DNA of 64,000 nt, from assembly GCA_963790475.1 (NCBI GenBank), contig CAWBOS010000012.1:1376001-1440000 (forward strand). Direction: 5' to 3'. Below, piece after piece: positions 50,615-61,042 of the stretch. Position 1 is the stretch's first letter. Each line of letters starts with the position of its first letter. The translations under genes and the position numbers were made by a program. The notes below the pieces were generated by a model. That model saw only the letters and a list, made by a program, of their open reading frames with translations. It did not search any database and was not told the origin of the DNA. The DNA is from an uncultured delta proteobacterium. Its GTDB lineage: Bacteria; Desulfobacterota; RBG-13-43-22.

Positions 50615-52096
50615 ATGGCGGGTCGGCCTTTTGAGCGATTGAGTTATGACCGGGAATATGATCAGGCCCTGTCCTATTTGTATAATTTGCAAAAATTCGG
50701 GATCAAATTCGGCCTGTCCAAAACCGAAAACCTGCTGAAGGCTTTCAATAATCCTCATCGGGAACTAAACTGTCTGCATATCGGAGGTTCCAACGGTAAA
50801 GGCTCGGTGGCGGCCATGCTGGCATCCATATATAGCAGGTCCGGTTACAAAGTCGGATTATTTACCTCGCCCCATTTGGTCGATTTTCGGGAAAGATTTC
50901 AAATAAACGGCCGTTTGATTTCCAAAGCCCAAACCCTGGGGCTGATCAAAGAGATCAAAGAAAAAGCTCTTGAGGAGGAACCCCCCACATTTTTCGAATT
51001 CGTAACCGCCATGGCCTTAATCTATTTTTCCCGGGAAAAGGTGGACCTGGCCATTATGGAAGTGGGGCTTGGCGGGAGATTGGACGCCACCAATATCATC
51101 AACCCCCTGATAACGGTTATTACTACTATCTCTTTGGAGCACCAAGACTATCTGGGGAAGACCCTGGAAAGCATTGCCTGGGAAAAAGCCGGGATCATTA
51201 AACCGGGGGTGCCTTTAATAACCGGGGTGGACCAAAAAAAGGTGCAGGAGCAGATCGAAAAAATCTGCCGGGAAAGACAAGTCCCGATGTTTCTGGCCGG
51301 AAGGGACTTTAGAACGAGAAAACTGAATAATGGGAATTTCAATTATTATGGAATGACTGAGGGTCAGTTCGGAGTTCGGAGTTCGGAGTTCGGAGCGGGA
51401 AAGGATTCAAGACTCGGGGTGAAAGATGCAAGATGGACAAAGGGCGAAGGACGAGAGAGGCTGAATCCGTTTTCACTCCCACGGAACTCCAAACTCCGAA
51501 CTCCGAACTTGACTTCGTCACTCGTCACTCGTCACTCGTCACTCCATTTGGGTTTGCTCGGCGATCATCAGATCAAGAATGCCGGCCTGGCTTTGACTGC
51601 CATTGATCTGTTGCAGGATAAGTATCCTGTCCCGGAAGAGAAAATCCGGGACGGCCTCTCCAAAGTGAACTGGCCGGGGAGGATGGAGGTGCTGTCCGAA
51701 AGGCCCCGGATCGTCCTGGATGGGGCCCATAATCCCGGGGCCATGAGAACCCTGGCCGAAACCCTTCCCAGGAGCTTTTCTTACCATAAAGTGTTGCTGG
51801 TCTTCGGTATGATGAAGGATAAAAATCTCAAACAGACCCTTAACTATATAACTCCCCTGGCCAACCGTATTTTTTTAACCCGGGCCGAATATGACCGGTC
51901 GGCCGATCCTGAAGACTTAAACAAATTCTTAGTAGGGAAAAAACCTCGCCCCCGTATTTTTCCGACTGTCCCGCAGGCCATCACCCAGGCCATGAGGGAG
52001 GCCGGTCCGGAGGATTTAATATTAATTACCGGTTCACTTTTTGTGGTCGGGGAGGCCCTGGCCTGGTGGGGGAGAAACAGGCGATCCTTTAAATAA
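50615..52096 (+). CDS. folC: Folylpolyglutamate/dihydrofolate synthase with an in-frame repeat-derived insertion
   Basis: GSNGKGS, TSPHL, EVGLGGRLDATN, EKAGIIK, WPGR, DGAHN, TGSL. Confidence 0.93.
   Translation: MAGRPFERLSYDREYDQALSYLYNLQKFGIKFGLSKTENLLKAFNNPHRELNCLHIGGSNGKGSVAAMLASIYSRSGYKVGLFTSPHLVDFRERFQINGRLISKAQTLGLIKEIKEKALEEEPPTFFEFVTAMALIYFSREKVDLAIMEVGLGGRLDATNIINPLITVITTISLEHQDYLGKTLESIAWEKAGIIKPGVPLITGVDQKKVQEQIEKICRERQVPMFLAGRDFRTRKLNNGNFNYYGMTEGQFGVRSSEFGAGKDSRLGVKDARWTKGEGRERLNPFSLPRNSKLRTPNLTSSLVTRHSSLHLGLLGDHQIKNAGLALTAIDLLQDKYPVPEEKIRDGLSKVNWPGRMEVLSERPRIVLDGAHNPGAMRTLAETLPRSFSYHKVLLVFGMMKDKNLKQTLNYITPLANRIFLTRAEYDRSADPEDLNKFLVGKKPRPRIFPTVPQAITQAMREAGPEDLILITGSLFVVGEALAWWGRNRRSFK
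51351..51544. repeat. Heptamer-repeat inverted hairpin inside folC
   Basis: (GTTCGGA)x3 at 51367-51387; complementary (AACTCCR)x3 at 51485-51505; (TCGTCAC)x4 at 51515-51542. Confidence 0.85.
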
Positions 52097-52215
52097 ATCG
52101 TAACCTTATTTGTGTATTGACAAGGGTCTTGAGTTATGTAATTAATAATACGGAATTCCGGCTTTTATTGGAATGACCCAAAAAGAAAATTCGACTTTTT
52201 TCGATTTCATCGACT

Positions 52216-53925
52216 ATGCAAAGAGAAAAAAAGAGATTAGGGGATATCTTAATCCAGGCCGGTATGATCACTTCGGACCAGGTGACCGTGGCCATAGAAG
52301 CCCAGAAAAAGACCAAGGAGCGTCTGGGAAAATCTTTGATCCGTCTGGGTTTTATCACCGAAGAAAATTTAATTAAAACTCTCGCCCATCAGCTCAAGCT
52401 CAATTATGTCAACCTAAAAGAAGAAAAAATAGATTCTTCGCTGGTTAAACTCATCCCCGAAAAAGTTGCCCGCAGACATTTAGTCCTCCCTCTGACCCAG
52501 ATGGGGCAGGTCCTTATGGTGGCCATGGCCGATCCCTTGAATATCTTCGCCCTGGATGATTTGGCTTTCAAGACCGGGTTGGAAATTGAACCGGTGATCG
52601 CCTCCGAACAGGATCTCCTGACCGCCCTGGATAGGTTTTATGGCACTTCTCTGATGGACAAGATCGATTCCGGCCCCGAGGATCGTCAGAGCTATGCCGT
52701 CGACGATGAGCCCCCCGAATCGGAAGTTGAAGACAACGCTATTATTGATGAAGGTCCTATCAGTCAGTTGGTCAATTTGATTATCTCCGAGGCGATCAAA
52801 GAACGATGCAGTGACATCCATCTGGAACCGGACGAAAAGGCCTTGCGAATCCGGTATCGTATTGACGGAATTTTAAAAGAAACCTCTTCTCTGGGGGCCA
52901 GATTCATCGCCCCGGTTATTTCCCGAATCAAGATTATGAGCAAGATGGATATCTCTGAAAAACGTTACCCGCAGGACGGTCGGTTTAAATTCACCTTGGA
53001 TAATAATAAAGTGATCGATTCCCGGGTTTCGACCTTCCCGACTATTTATGGGGAAAATGTGGTCATGCGAATCCTGGACCAATCGAGCATTATCATCGGT
53101 CTTGAAGAACTGGGTTTTCTCCCCCGGGATATGGAGAAGATTCGTTATCTGATCGAAAAACCTTATGGGTTTATCTTAGTTACCGGCCCCACCGGCAGCG
53201 GCAAGACTACCACCTTATATGCTATATTAAACACCATTAATTCTACGGAAAAACATATTGTTACCCTTGAAGATCCGGTGGAGTATCGTCTGGAACTGAT
53301 TCGGCAATGTCAAATCAACGTCAAGGCCGGGCTGACTTTTGCCGTGGGCTTGCGTTCTATCCTCAGGCAGGATCCGGACGGGATTATGGTGGGAGAGATT
53401 CGGGATTTTGAAACCGCTGAAATCGCCGTTCAATCCGCCCTGACCGGCCACCTGGTCCTTTCCACACTCCACACCAACGATGCCCCCAGTTCCCTGGTGC
53501 GCTTGGCCGATATGGGAGTGGACCCCTTCCTGATCTCCTCCTCCGTGGAAGGGGTCATTGCCCAACGATTAGTTCGCCTCATCTGTCCCCGCTGTAAAGA
53601 ACCCTACACCGCCTCAGCCGAAGAGCTTGCGGAGTTAAAACTTTCAGCCGACAAGGAATTGATATTGCAGCGCGGAAAGGGCTGTTCCTTTTGCAAAGGG
53701 ACCGGGTATAAGGGTCGATTGGGGATATTTGAAATATTGATCGTGGACCGGGATCTGAAAGAGATGATCCTTAGAAGGGCAAGCCAGAAGGAAATCGAAG
53801 ATTATGCCTACCGGCAACAGAAGATGAAATCCCTGCGGGAAGATGGGGTGGCCAAAGTATTGGCCGGGATAACCACCTTAGAGGAACTTAACCGGGTAAC
53901 TCCCAAGGAAGCCAAGTTTGTCTAA
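52216..53925 (+). CDS. pilB: Type IV pilus / T2SS assembly ATPase with N-terminal MshEN-like motif
   Basis: RLGDILIQAG.IT, SDIH.EP, GPTGSGKTTT, EDPVEY, LRQDPD, TGHLV.STLH, two CxxC. Confidence 0.9.
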   Translation: MQREKKRLGDILIQAGMITSDQVTVAIEAQKKTKERLGKSLIRLGFITEENLIKTLAHQLKLNYVNLKEEKIDSSLVKLIPEKVARRHLVLPLTQMGQVLMVAMADPLNIFALDDLAFKTGLEIEPVIASEQDLLTALDRFYGTSLMDKIDSGPEDRQSYAVDDEPPESEVEDNAIIDEGPISQLVNLIISEAIKERCSDIHLEPDEKALRIRYRIDGILKETSSLGARFIAPVISRIKIMSKMDISEKRYPQDGRFKFTLDNNKVIDSRVSTFPTIYGENVVMRILDQSSIIIGLEELGFLPRDMEKIRYLIEKPYGFILVTGPTGSGKTTTLYAILNTINSTEKHIVTLEDPVEYRLELIRQCQINVKAGLTFAVGLRSILRQDPDGIMVGEIRDFETAEIAVQSALTGHLVLSTLHTNDAPSSLVRLADMGVDPFLISSSVEGVIAQRLVRLICPRCKEPYTASAEELAELKLSADKELILQRGKGCSFCKGTGYKGRLGIFEILIVDRDLKEMILRRASQKEIEDYAYRQQKMKSLREDGVAKVLAGITTLEELNRVTPKEAKFV

Positions 53926-54347
53926 ATATTTTTCAGGCAAACCCCTTTTTCTTCCTGGATGTTTTCCAGGACCTTGGTCATATTCTTTTCATCTTGAAAT
54001 TCTTCAAAGTGTTTCAAGAAAAGAGGTTTCACTTTGGGAAAATCCGATTCCTGAAAAAATCGGGTTACGGGGACGAGGACTCCTTCATTCTTCAGAAAGA
54101 AATAGAGGGTGACCTTTTGGACCGCTATCCCGTCGAGACGGCCCAGGCGGTCTTTTTTTCGGTCAAATTCTTCCTGGGGCAACCAGAGGAAGATTTCTTC
54201 TTTGGAAACGGTAAAATTATATTGCCGGGAAATATAATACTTCCATAATTCAAACTCCTGATAGGGGATGAAGCGGGTTTCGGGTTTGTTTTTTGCCCCC
54301 TTTTTTTTGGTAAGGAGACATCGGACCAGTTTTATGGCATTTTTCAT
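53922..54347 (-). CDS. Hypothetical protein
   Basis: 141-aa ORF with GGAGG RBS, lying antisense between pilB and pilC. Confidence 0.6.
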   Translation of the reverse strand: MKNAIKLVRCLLTKKKGAKNKPETRFIPYQEFELWKYYISRQYNFTVSKEEIFLWLPQEEFDRKKDRLGRLDGIAVQKVTLYFFLKNEGVLVPVTRFFQESDFPKVKPLFLKHFEEFQDEKNMTKVLENIQEEKGVCLKNI

Positions 54348-54424
54348 AAGAGTTCCTCCGCTTAAGAATTATTTAACATATCTTAACCCTTTATTTCAAG
54401 GATTTAATTTGATTAGACAAGGCG

Positions 54425-55694
54425 ATGCCTCAATTCTTCTATAAGGCCAGAGATCGAGGGGGAAAACTCATTACCGGCGAGATGGAAGGGCCTAATCGGG
54501 GCGACATCGCCGGCCGAATCGGGGGCATGGGCTATATCCCGGTATTAATACAAGCGACGGCCGTTAAGAACCCCCTCATCCCGACCGGAGCTAAAGAAGC
54601 GCCGGGCTTGGGCAAGGAGATTTCCTTTGCCTTTTTGGATAAATTCAGAAAAGTAAAACCGAAAGAACTGCTGTTTTTCACCAGCCAATTAGCCACCATA
54701 ATCCGGGCGGGAATACCTATTACCACGGGACTATCGATCCTGGCGGAACAGTCGAAGAACCCCATACTCAGCAATGCGGTCCTGGACGTGTTGGAACGGG
54801 TCAAAGAAGGGAGACCCCCTATCCGACGCCCTGGCCCGTCATCCCAAGATATTTACAGAAATTTATATCCAGATGGTGCGGGCCGGAGAGGCCTCCGGAA
54901 AGCTGGAAGAGGTCCTTAACCGTATCGGTTCTTTTTTAGAATACGATATGGAAACAAAGGCCCGTATAAAATCGGCTACCCGATACCCCAAGATGGTTTT
55001 CGGGGCCTTGATCGGGGCCTTCCTTTTTGCCATCTATTTTATTATTCCCAATTTTATGGGTTTATTTAAAAGCTTTAAGACAACCCTGCCCCTCCCCACC
55101 CGAATGATGTTGGGTTTGCATTATGTTTTTTCCAACTATTGGTATCTGATATTCGGGGTCATGGGGGCGGTTATCGGCGGATTTCAATGGTACATTCGAA
55201 CCGAAGCGGGTCTTTCTCAATGGGACCTGGTTAAAACCCGATTCCCGATTATGGGGCCGGTTTTTTTGCGAATTTTTATGTCCCGGTTTACCCGTATGTT
55301 TGTGACCCTGAACCGCAGCGGCCTGCCTATGCTGGAAACCCTGTCGATTGCCGCCTCGACCGTGGGAAATGTTTATATCTCCAATATTATCATGAGCATC
55401 CGACAATCGGTCAAGGATGGGGGGACGTTATCGGCGAAAATGAAAGACAAAGCCATATTCCCGCCCTTGGTCTATCAGATGTTCGCCGTGGGGGAGTCTT
55501 CCGGCACCCTGGATGAAATTGTGGAAAAGGTTTCGGAGTTTTATGACAAGGAAGTGGACAATGCCGTAAAAAACCTTTCTTCCCTTATTGAGCCGATCAT
55601 GATCCTTTTTATGGGAGCCATGATGCTTTTTCTGGCCTTAGCCATCTTTATGCCCATGTGGGATATGGCCAAATTGGCCAAAGGGGGGGGATAG
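54425..55694 (+). CDS. pilC: Type IV pilus platform protein (T2SSF family); +1 frameshift in the C5 run at 54815-54819
   Basis: MPQFFYKARD, FTSQLAT..RAG.P, GEASGKL, GESSGTL, IEP; removing one C gives EGRPLSDAL. Confidence 0.85.
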
Positions 55695-55929
55695 AATATT
55701 TCTATTGAAAACTGGGTAGAAATATGAAAAAATAATTTTCCAATTCCGGGTAAAATACCATAGCATCCATGTGGTATTAGGCAGTATCACGATAGGGAAA
55801 ACTTTTCCCTTTAAAAATCTCCTAACCTCCAGGTGGATTACGGAATACAAGGATAAAGGGGGGAGTCTGACGATTGAGAATTAAATGTGGTTTGAAAAAT
55901 ATAACTTTTGATTCTAAGGAGGTGAGAAC

Positions 55930-56286
55930 ATGATTAAAAATCAAAAAGGTTTCACGCTCATTGAGTTGATCATCGTCATCGTGATCATTGGTATCTTGGC
56001 CGCCGTTGCCATCCCAAGGTACGTCGATATGCGGAACCAGGCCCAAGTTGCCGCTGCCGACGGTATAACCGGAAATTTACGGGCTGCAGCCGGTATTTGT
56101 TATGCGGATTATGCAGTCAACGCCTCAGCTGTTGCCAATATCAACGCTACCACGGTTCTCGGTTACATGTCGGACAGGGGCTCGGTGACGGCTTCGTCGG
56201 GCACCCAGTTTCAGGCGACCATCGGGTCCGTGAGCTATACCTGGACCTTTACTAACCCGAGCACCGTTACCAAACACACTCCATAG
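55930..56286 (+). CDS. Type IV pilin
   Basis: Class III signal KG|[22 protein letters not shown]; strong RBS; followed by a terminator. Confidence 0.9.
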   Translation: MIKNQKGFTLIELIIVIVIIGILAAVAIPRYVDMRNQAQVAAADGITGNLRAAAGICYADYAVNASAVANINATTVLGYMSDRGSVTASSGTQFQATIGSVSYTWTFTNPSTVTKHTP

Positions 56287-56304
56287 GTTTTATCAAGGAG
56301 GATA

Positions 56305-56341
56305 AAAAGGGCCGTATTAATTATAACACGGCCCTTTTTTT
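56305..56341 (+). terminator. Intrinsic terminator after the pilin gene
   Basis: AAAAGGGCCGT...ACGGCCCTTTTTT. Confidence 0.8.
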
Positions 56342-58765
56342 ATGAATAAAGATAGAGGCACCCCTACACTTTTGCTATTAGGGTTCACAGGCGTCATCTT
56401 CCTTTATTTTTTTGAGGCCTTGATTCAATCCAAGTTGATGGTTGAGCGGGACCTGCCCATCTTTTTTTTCCCAAACCTTAAGCTATGGGTTGAGGCCGTT
56501 AAAGCCGGGGAGTTGCCTCTTTGGAATCCCTATTCTTTTTCCGGCCAACCCCTTTTTGCTTCCCTGCAGACCAGCATCCTTTATCCGCCGAATGTACTTC
56601 TTCTGATACTACCCATCCGTTTTGCCTTTAATCTGACTATTGTCCTGCACTTTTTTCTATCCGGCTGGTTTGTGTATCTCCTCTGCCGGGAAATCGGAGG
56701 CAGCCGTACGGCGGGGGTCCTGGCCTGTCTTTCCTTTAGCCTGGGCGGATTTCTCCTTTCCATCCATAATGTCTTAAATACCTTGCAATCGGTGACCTGG
56801 ACCCCTTTGATACTTTTTTTCTTCTTGCGTGCTCTTCGTCAGCGTTCCTGGAAATACCCCCTCCTTTCCATCCTGGCCATTCTAGTCCAATTCTTGGGAG
56901 GAGGGATAGAAGCCTTTATTTTGACACAGGTTTTGCTTCTCTTTTTGGCCTTCTTTCCCCAGTCCCTTTTGCCCGAGGACCGCTATGTCGCCTGGAAAGG
57001 GCGTCTGGGAACGATCGTCGTGATTGATCTGCTGTTTCTTGGATTAGGGGCGGTTCAAATCATCCCTTTTTGGGAAATGGCTCGAAATTCGATTCGCCAG
57101 TTTGGATTTTCTTTTCAAGAGGCGACCATGTGGTCTATGGGATGGAGGGATTTGCTGTATGTTTTTATTCCGGATTTATTTTGGCGTGGTAACGAATATT
57201 ACCAAACAGATCAGAATTATCTCAAAAGCATTTATCTGGGGATTATTCCCTTCCTGATGGTCCTTTTCTATTTTTGGGGAAAAGATCGAAGAAAAGTGTG
57301 GTTCGGTTTTTTTATCGGGGTTTCCTTGCTTCTGGCCCTGGGGGAAAATACCCCTTTGTATCGATGGCTTTTTATCATTGTCCCCGGTTTTAATACCATT
57401 CGCTATCCGGTTAAAATATTTTTTATGACCAATCTGTTTATTTGTCTGTTGACGGGTTTGGGTTGGGACGCCTTATCGGAACGTCTTAAAAGAGATCCTC
57501 GGGAAAAGCTTTTTCTTTTTAAAAAAATTTCCCTCCTCGCGGCTTTTTTTTTCGCTCTGATCTTGTTGAGCTTTTCTCTTTTCCGAAGCCCTTTACTGCT
57601 CTTTTTTGAGCGTTCCTTTCCCATCGGTTATGCCCGGCCATGGGGATTAAACTTCCATAACCTGGAACGATTTTCCTTCTTTGCCCTGCTGATTTTCCTT
57701 TTTTCCGTTTTTTTAGCGGATCGGAAGATTTCCATTAAATGGGGGCAGGCCATTGGGGTAATCCTTCTGACCCTGGATCTTTTCCTGGCCAATTGGGGTT
57801 TTTACCGGCTGGTCGACCAAAAGACTTTTTATTCGCTCAGTCCCAATTTGCAAGCCGTTTTGTCCAATCCGGAAAAAGGCCGTATTTATGTCGATCCTTT
57901 AATGATCAAAACAAAGACAACCCAGAAAGTGAGAATGGAAGAATTAACCTATTTGGTCCTTAAAGAATGTTTTTATTTTGATTATCCTTTAATTCACCAA
58001 ATCTATAACGCTGCCGGTTTCGGGGTATTGACCTATCGACCCTACCAGGATCTCTTGGACGTTCTTAAGGAGAAGGCTTCTTATCCCGGGGGTAGGGATA
58101 TCTTACGGTTGATGCAGGTAAAATACATTCTCTGGCACGAGGCGATTGAAGATCCGGCCCTACAACTGATTCGTAAGGGGGAATCCTACGATGTCATCCC
58201 GGAAGTGCTTCCAGCAACAACCCTGCTTCAACCGCCCCATTATAAGAAGGTGACGGCCCATTTGTATGAAAATAAGGAGAGGCTGCCCAAGGCCTTTCTG
58301 GTCGCTAAATATCTTCTGGTCAAGGACCCAAAATCGAGAATTGATTTGTTAAAAAGCAAAGGTTTTGACCCGACCCGGACCCTGCTTCTGGAAGAAGTCC
58401 CTGAGTCTCCCCACCCTGGCGGAGGATCCGGAACGGATGTCGACAGTGTTCAGATCTCAAAATACACCTTGAATCGGATTGAACTCAAGGCTTTCTGCAA
58501 TGGGCCGCGTTTTCTTTTTCTGAGCGAAACCTATTATCCCGGCTGGCAAGTTCGGATTGACGGCCAAAAGGGAAAAATATATCGGGCCGATCATACCTTT
58601 CGGGCAGTGCCCCTTGGCCCGGGTCGGCATAATATTGTCCTCCAGTATCGACCTTTTTCATTTTATTTTGGCCTCCTGATCAGTATCCTGACCGGGGCAG
58701 GCTTGGTGGTCTTCGGTTTCTTTATTAAAAAGAAATCGGCAGGCATAAATAATCGGGAGGAATAG
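56342..58765 (+). CDS. YfhO-family (GT-C fold) membrane glycosyltransferase
   Basis: PLWNPY..SG.P, LYPPN, YLG, RYP, C-terminal SETYYPGW...G.H.I...YRP. Confidence 0.8.
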   Translation: MNKDRGTPTLLLLGFTGVIFLYFFEALIQSKLMVERDLPIFFFPNLKLWVEAVKAGELPLWNPYSFSGQPLFASLQTSILYPPNVLLLILPIRFAFNLTIVLHFFLSGWFVYLLCREIGGSRTAGVLACLSFSLGGFLLSIHNVLNTLQSVTWTPLILFFFLRALRQRSWKYPLLSILAILVQFLGGGIEAFILTQVLLLFLAFFPQSLLPEDRYVAWKGRLGTIVVIDLLFLGLGAVQIIPFWEMARNSIRQFGFSFQEATMWSMGWRDLLYVFIPDLFWRGNEYYQTDQNYLKSIYLGIIPFLMVLFYFWGKDRRKVWFGFFIGVSLLLALGENTPLYRWLFIIVPGFNTIRYPVKIFFMTNLFICLLTGLGWDALSERLKRDPREKLFLFKKISLLAAFFFALILLSFSLFRSPLLLFFERSFPIGYARPWGLNFHNLERFSFFALLIFLFSVFLADRKISIKWGQAIGVILLTLDLFLANWGFYRLVDQKTFYSLSPNLQAVLSNPEKGRIYVDPLMIKTKTTQKVRMEELTYLVLKECFYFDYPLIHQIYNAAGFGVLTYRPYQDLLDVLKEKASYPGGRDILRLMQVKYILWHEAIEDPALQLIRKGESYDVIPEVLPATTLLQPPHYKKVTAHLYENKERLPKAFLVAKYLLVKDPKSRIDLLKSKGFDPTRTLLLEEVPESPHPGGGSGTDVDSVQISKYTLNRIELKAFCNGPRFLFLSETYYPGWQVRIDGQKGKIYRADHTFRAVPLGPGRHNIVLQYRPFSFYFGLLISILTGAGLVVFGFFIKKKSAGINNREE

Positions 58766-58766
58766 G

Positions 58767-60866
58767 ATGCCCATCCATAACTTGAAGTTGTTTGCCATTA
58801 GTTTGGTCATGCTCTTTTTGGAAATCCTGTTGATACGCTGGATATCGACCGAAGTGAGGATCTTTGCTTATGTGGGTAATCTGGTTTTACTGGCCTGCTT
58901 TCTGGGAATCGGGGTCGGCTGCTTTTTCTCGAAAAAGAAAGAGAACCTTCTGATCACCATCGGCATGTTGCTTTTAACTGTTCTTGCCGTGCGATCCGAA
59001 CCCTTTCGGCACATAACCGATATGCTAAGCGGATTTTCCGATTCCGTCATATGGTATCAGGCCATTAGGACGAGAAATTTCGTTCCCGCCTTGCAGGGTA
59101 CGGCATTAACCCTTTTTATGTTTTTGATGATTCTGATCGGTTTTATTCCTATAGGGCAAATATTGGGGCGTCTGTTGGATGAGCACCCTAATATTATTGA
59201 AGGCTATTCCGTCAATGTCGGGGCCAGTTTGATCGGTATCTGGACCTTTAACCTCTTTGCCCTATACTATACCAAGCCCTGGCTTTGGTTCATTTTCTGC
59301 CTTGTTGTTATCTTTTTTTTCATACCCCGCTCCAAGGCTAATTTCTTTTTAGCCGGGATGGCATCCATACTGATCCTCCTGGTGGTTGGGATAACTAACC
59401 CCAATGTCCTGACGATGTGGAGCCCTTATCAGAAATTGGATGTCGCTCCCAATCAGGTCTTTGGCCTCCCCAATGGGTTTGTCGTCAACGTGAACAATGT
59501 CGGTTACATGTCCTTATTAAATCTTTCCGATGATTTTATTAATAAATTCCCTCTTATTTATAAACCCTCATTAAGGAAATTCAGCCAGTACGAGTTACCT
59601 TATGCCTTCTCGGAAAAACGCGATTCGGCATTAATTGTCGGGGCTGGTGGAGGAAATGATGTGGCCGGGGCCTTGCGAAATGGCTTGAAAGAAATCGATG
59701 CCGTGGAAATCGATCCGGGTATTATCCAATTAGGCCTAGCCCTTCATCCGGAGCGCCCTTATGAACAAAAAAAAGTTAAGATACACATAGACGACGCCCG
59801 GGCCTTTTTCAAAAAGACGAATAAAAAATACGATGTGATTTCTTTCGGCCTTCTGGATTCCCACACCCTGTCTTCCAACTATAACAACACCCGTTTGGAT
59901 CATTATGTCTATACCGAAGAAAGCTTCAAAGAAGCTCGAAGTCTTCTTAAGTCAGATGGGGTTCTTTCGGTAATTTTTGCCACCCAAACCCAATGGATAG
60001 GAGAAAGGATATACGGGCTTTTGAAAAAGAATTTTGGGGAGGTGCCTTATACTTTTGTTGTTAACAGCCCTGGGAACAGTTATGGCTGGGGAGGGGTTAT
60101 GTTCCTGACCGGAAATAATATCGAGGCCTTAAAAAAGAGGGTTGAATCGAACCCGGAATTGAAGGATTTTGTCACAAAAAACCAGGTCTCTTTTCCAGGA
60201 CCGGTTCGTTTAACTTCCGATGACTGGCCTTATCTCTATATCGAAAAAGCCTCCATTCCCCGGATGTACTGGCTTATCATGGGTTCCTTATTGATTTTGT
60301 TTTTAATGGCCCGGAGATTCATTTTTACGGCCGAGGGGGGCCGGATCAATCTCCATTTTTTCTTTTTAGGGTGCGCCTTTCTTTTGCTGGAGTTCCAGAA
60401 TGTCAGCAAAGCCACCCTGCTTTTCGGGTCCACCTGGATTGTCAATTCCTACATCATTTCCTCCATCCTTATATTGATTTTGTTGGCCAATCTTTTGGTG
60501 GCCTATGTAAAAGTCCAACAGAGTCTCCCTTTTTATATCCTGCTCTGGGTTTCGGTCGTTCTCCTTTACTTCATTCCGTTGGATATCTTTAACGCCTTCG
60601 GCTTTTGGGCCAAGGCCATACTGGCCACGCTGTTTCTCAATCTGCCCATCTTTTTTGCCGGGATTATTTATATCCTGTCTTTCAAAGATGCACCGGCCAA
60701 GGACCTGGCCTTGGGGTCAAACCTGATCGGAGCTGCTTTCGGGGGATTATTGGAATCTTTATCTTTCATAACCGGGATTAAGGCCCTATTGTTGATGGTC
60801 TTATTGCTCTACGTCCTCTCTTTTATCTTTTTGTACAAAGGAAGACCTAAGACTATTCAAGGCTGA
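58767..60866 (+). CDS. Multi-TM protein with central spermidine-synthase-like SAM-binding domain
   Basis: LEILLIRW, WSPYQK, IVGAGGGNDV, AVEIDP, DDAR, DDWPYLY. Confidence 0.8.
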   Translation: MPIHNLKLFAISLVMLFLEILLIRWISTEVRIFAYVGNLVLLACFLGIGVGCFFSKKKENLLITIGMLLLTVLAVRSEPFRHITDMLSGFSDSVIWYQAIRTRNFVPALQGTALTLFMFLMILIGFIPIGQILGRLLDEHPNIIEGYSVNVGASLIGIWTFNLFALYYTKPWLWFIFCLVVIFFFIPRSKANFFLAGMASILILLVVGITNPNVLTMWSPYQKLDVAPNQVFGLPNGFVVNVNNVGYMSLLNLSDDFINKFPLIYKPSLRKFSQYELPYAFSEKRDSALIVGAGGGNDVAGALRNGLKEIDAVEIDPGIIQLGLALHPERPYEQKKVKIHIDDARAFFKKTNKKYDVISFGLLDSHTLSSNYNNTRLDHYVYTEESFKEARSLLKSDGVLSVIFATQTQWIGERIYGLLKKNFGEVPYTFVVNSPGNSYGWGGVMFLTGNNIEALKKRVESNPELKDFVTKNQVSFPGPVRLTSDDWPYLYIEKASIPRMYWLIMGSLLILFLMARRFIFTAEGGRINLHFFFLGCAFLLLEFQNVSKATLLFGSTWIVNSYIISSILILILLANLLVAYVKVQQSLPFYILLWVSVVLLYFIPLDIFNAFGFWAKAILATLFLNLPIFFAGIIYILSFKDAPAKDLALGSNLIGAAFGGLLESLSFITGIKALLLMVLLLYVLSFIFLYKGRPKTIQG

Positions 60867-61042
60867 TGAAGGTTTTATGATCTTAGGGTTGTTGAGTGGG
60901 GTACGGTTTTCTGATAAGCAGGCTCTTCCAAAAAATAGTCCCATTGCCGGTGAACATTACCCTTTGGGGGATATATCAAAAGAGAAAACCGCATGGGCAT
61001 CCGGGAAAAGGGAAGACAGGATATTCGACCCTTCGGAGTCCC

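Noticed and set aside
55930-56286. Electrically conductive e-pilin
   Set aside because: The mature pilin is about 110 aa with Met at position 27 and a long aromatic-free gap (residues 25-50), which does not fit the Geobacter-type pattern.
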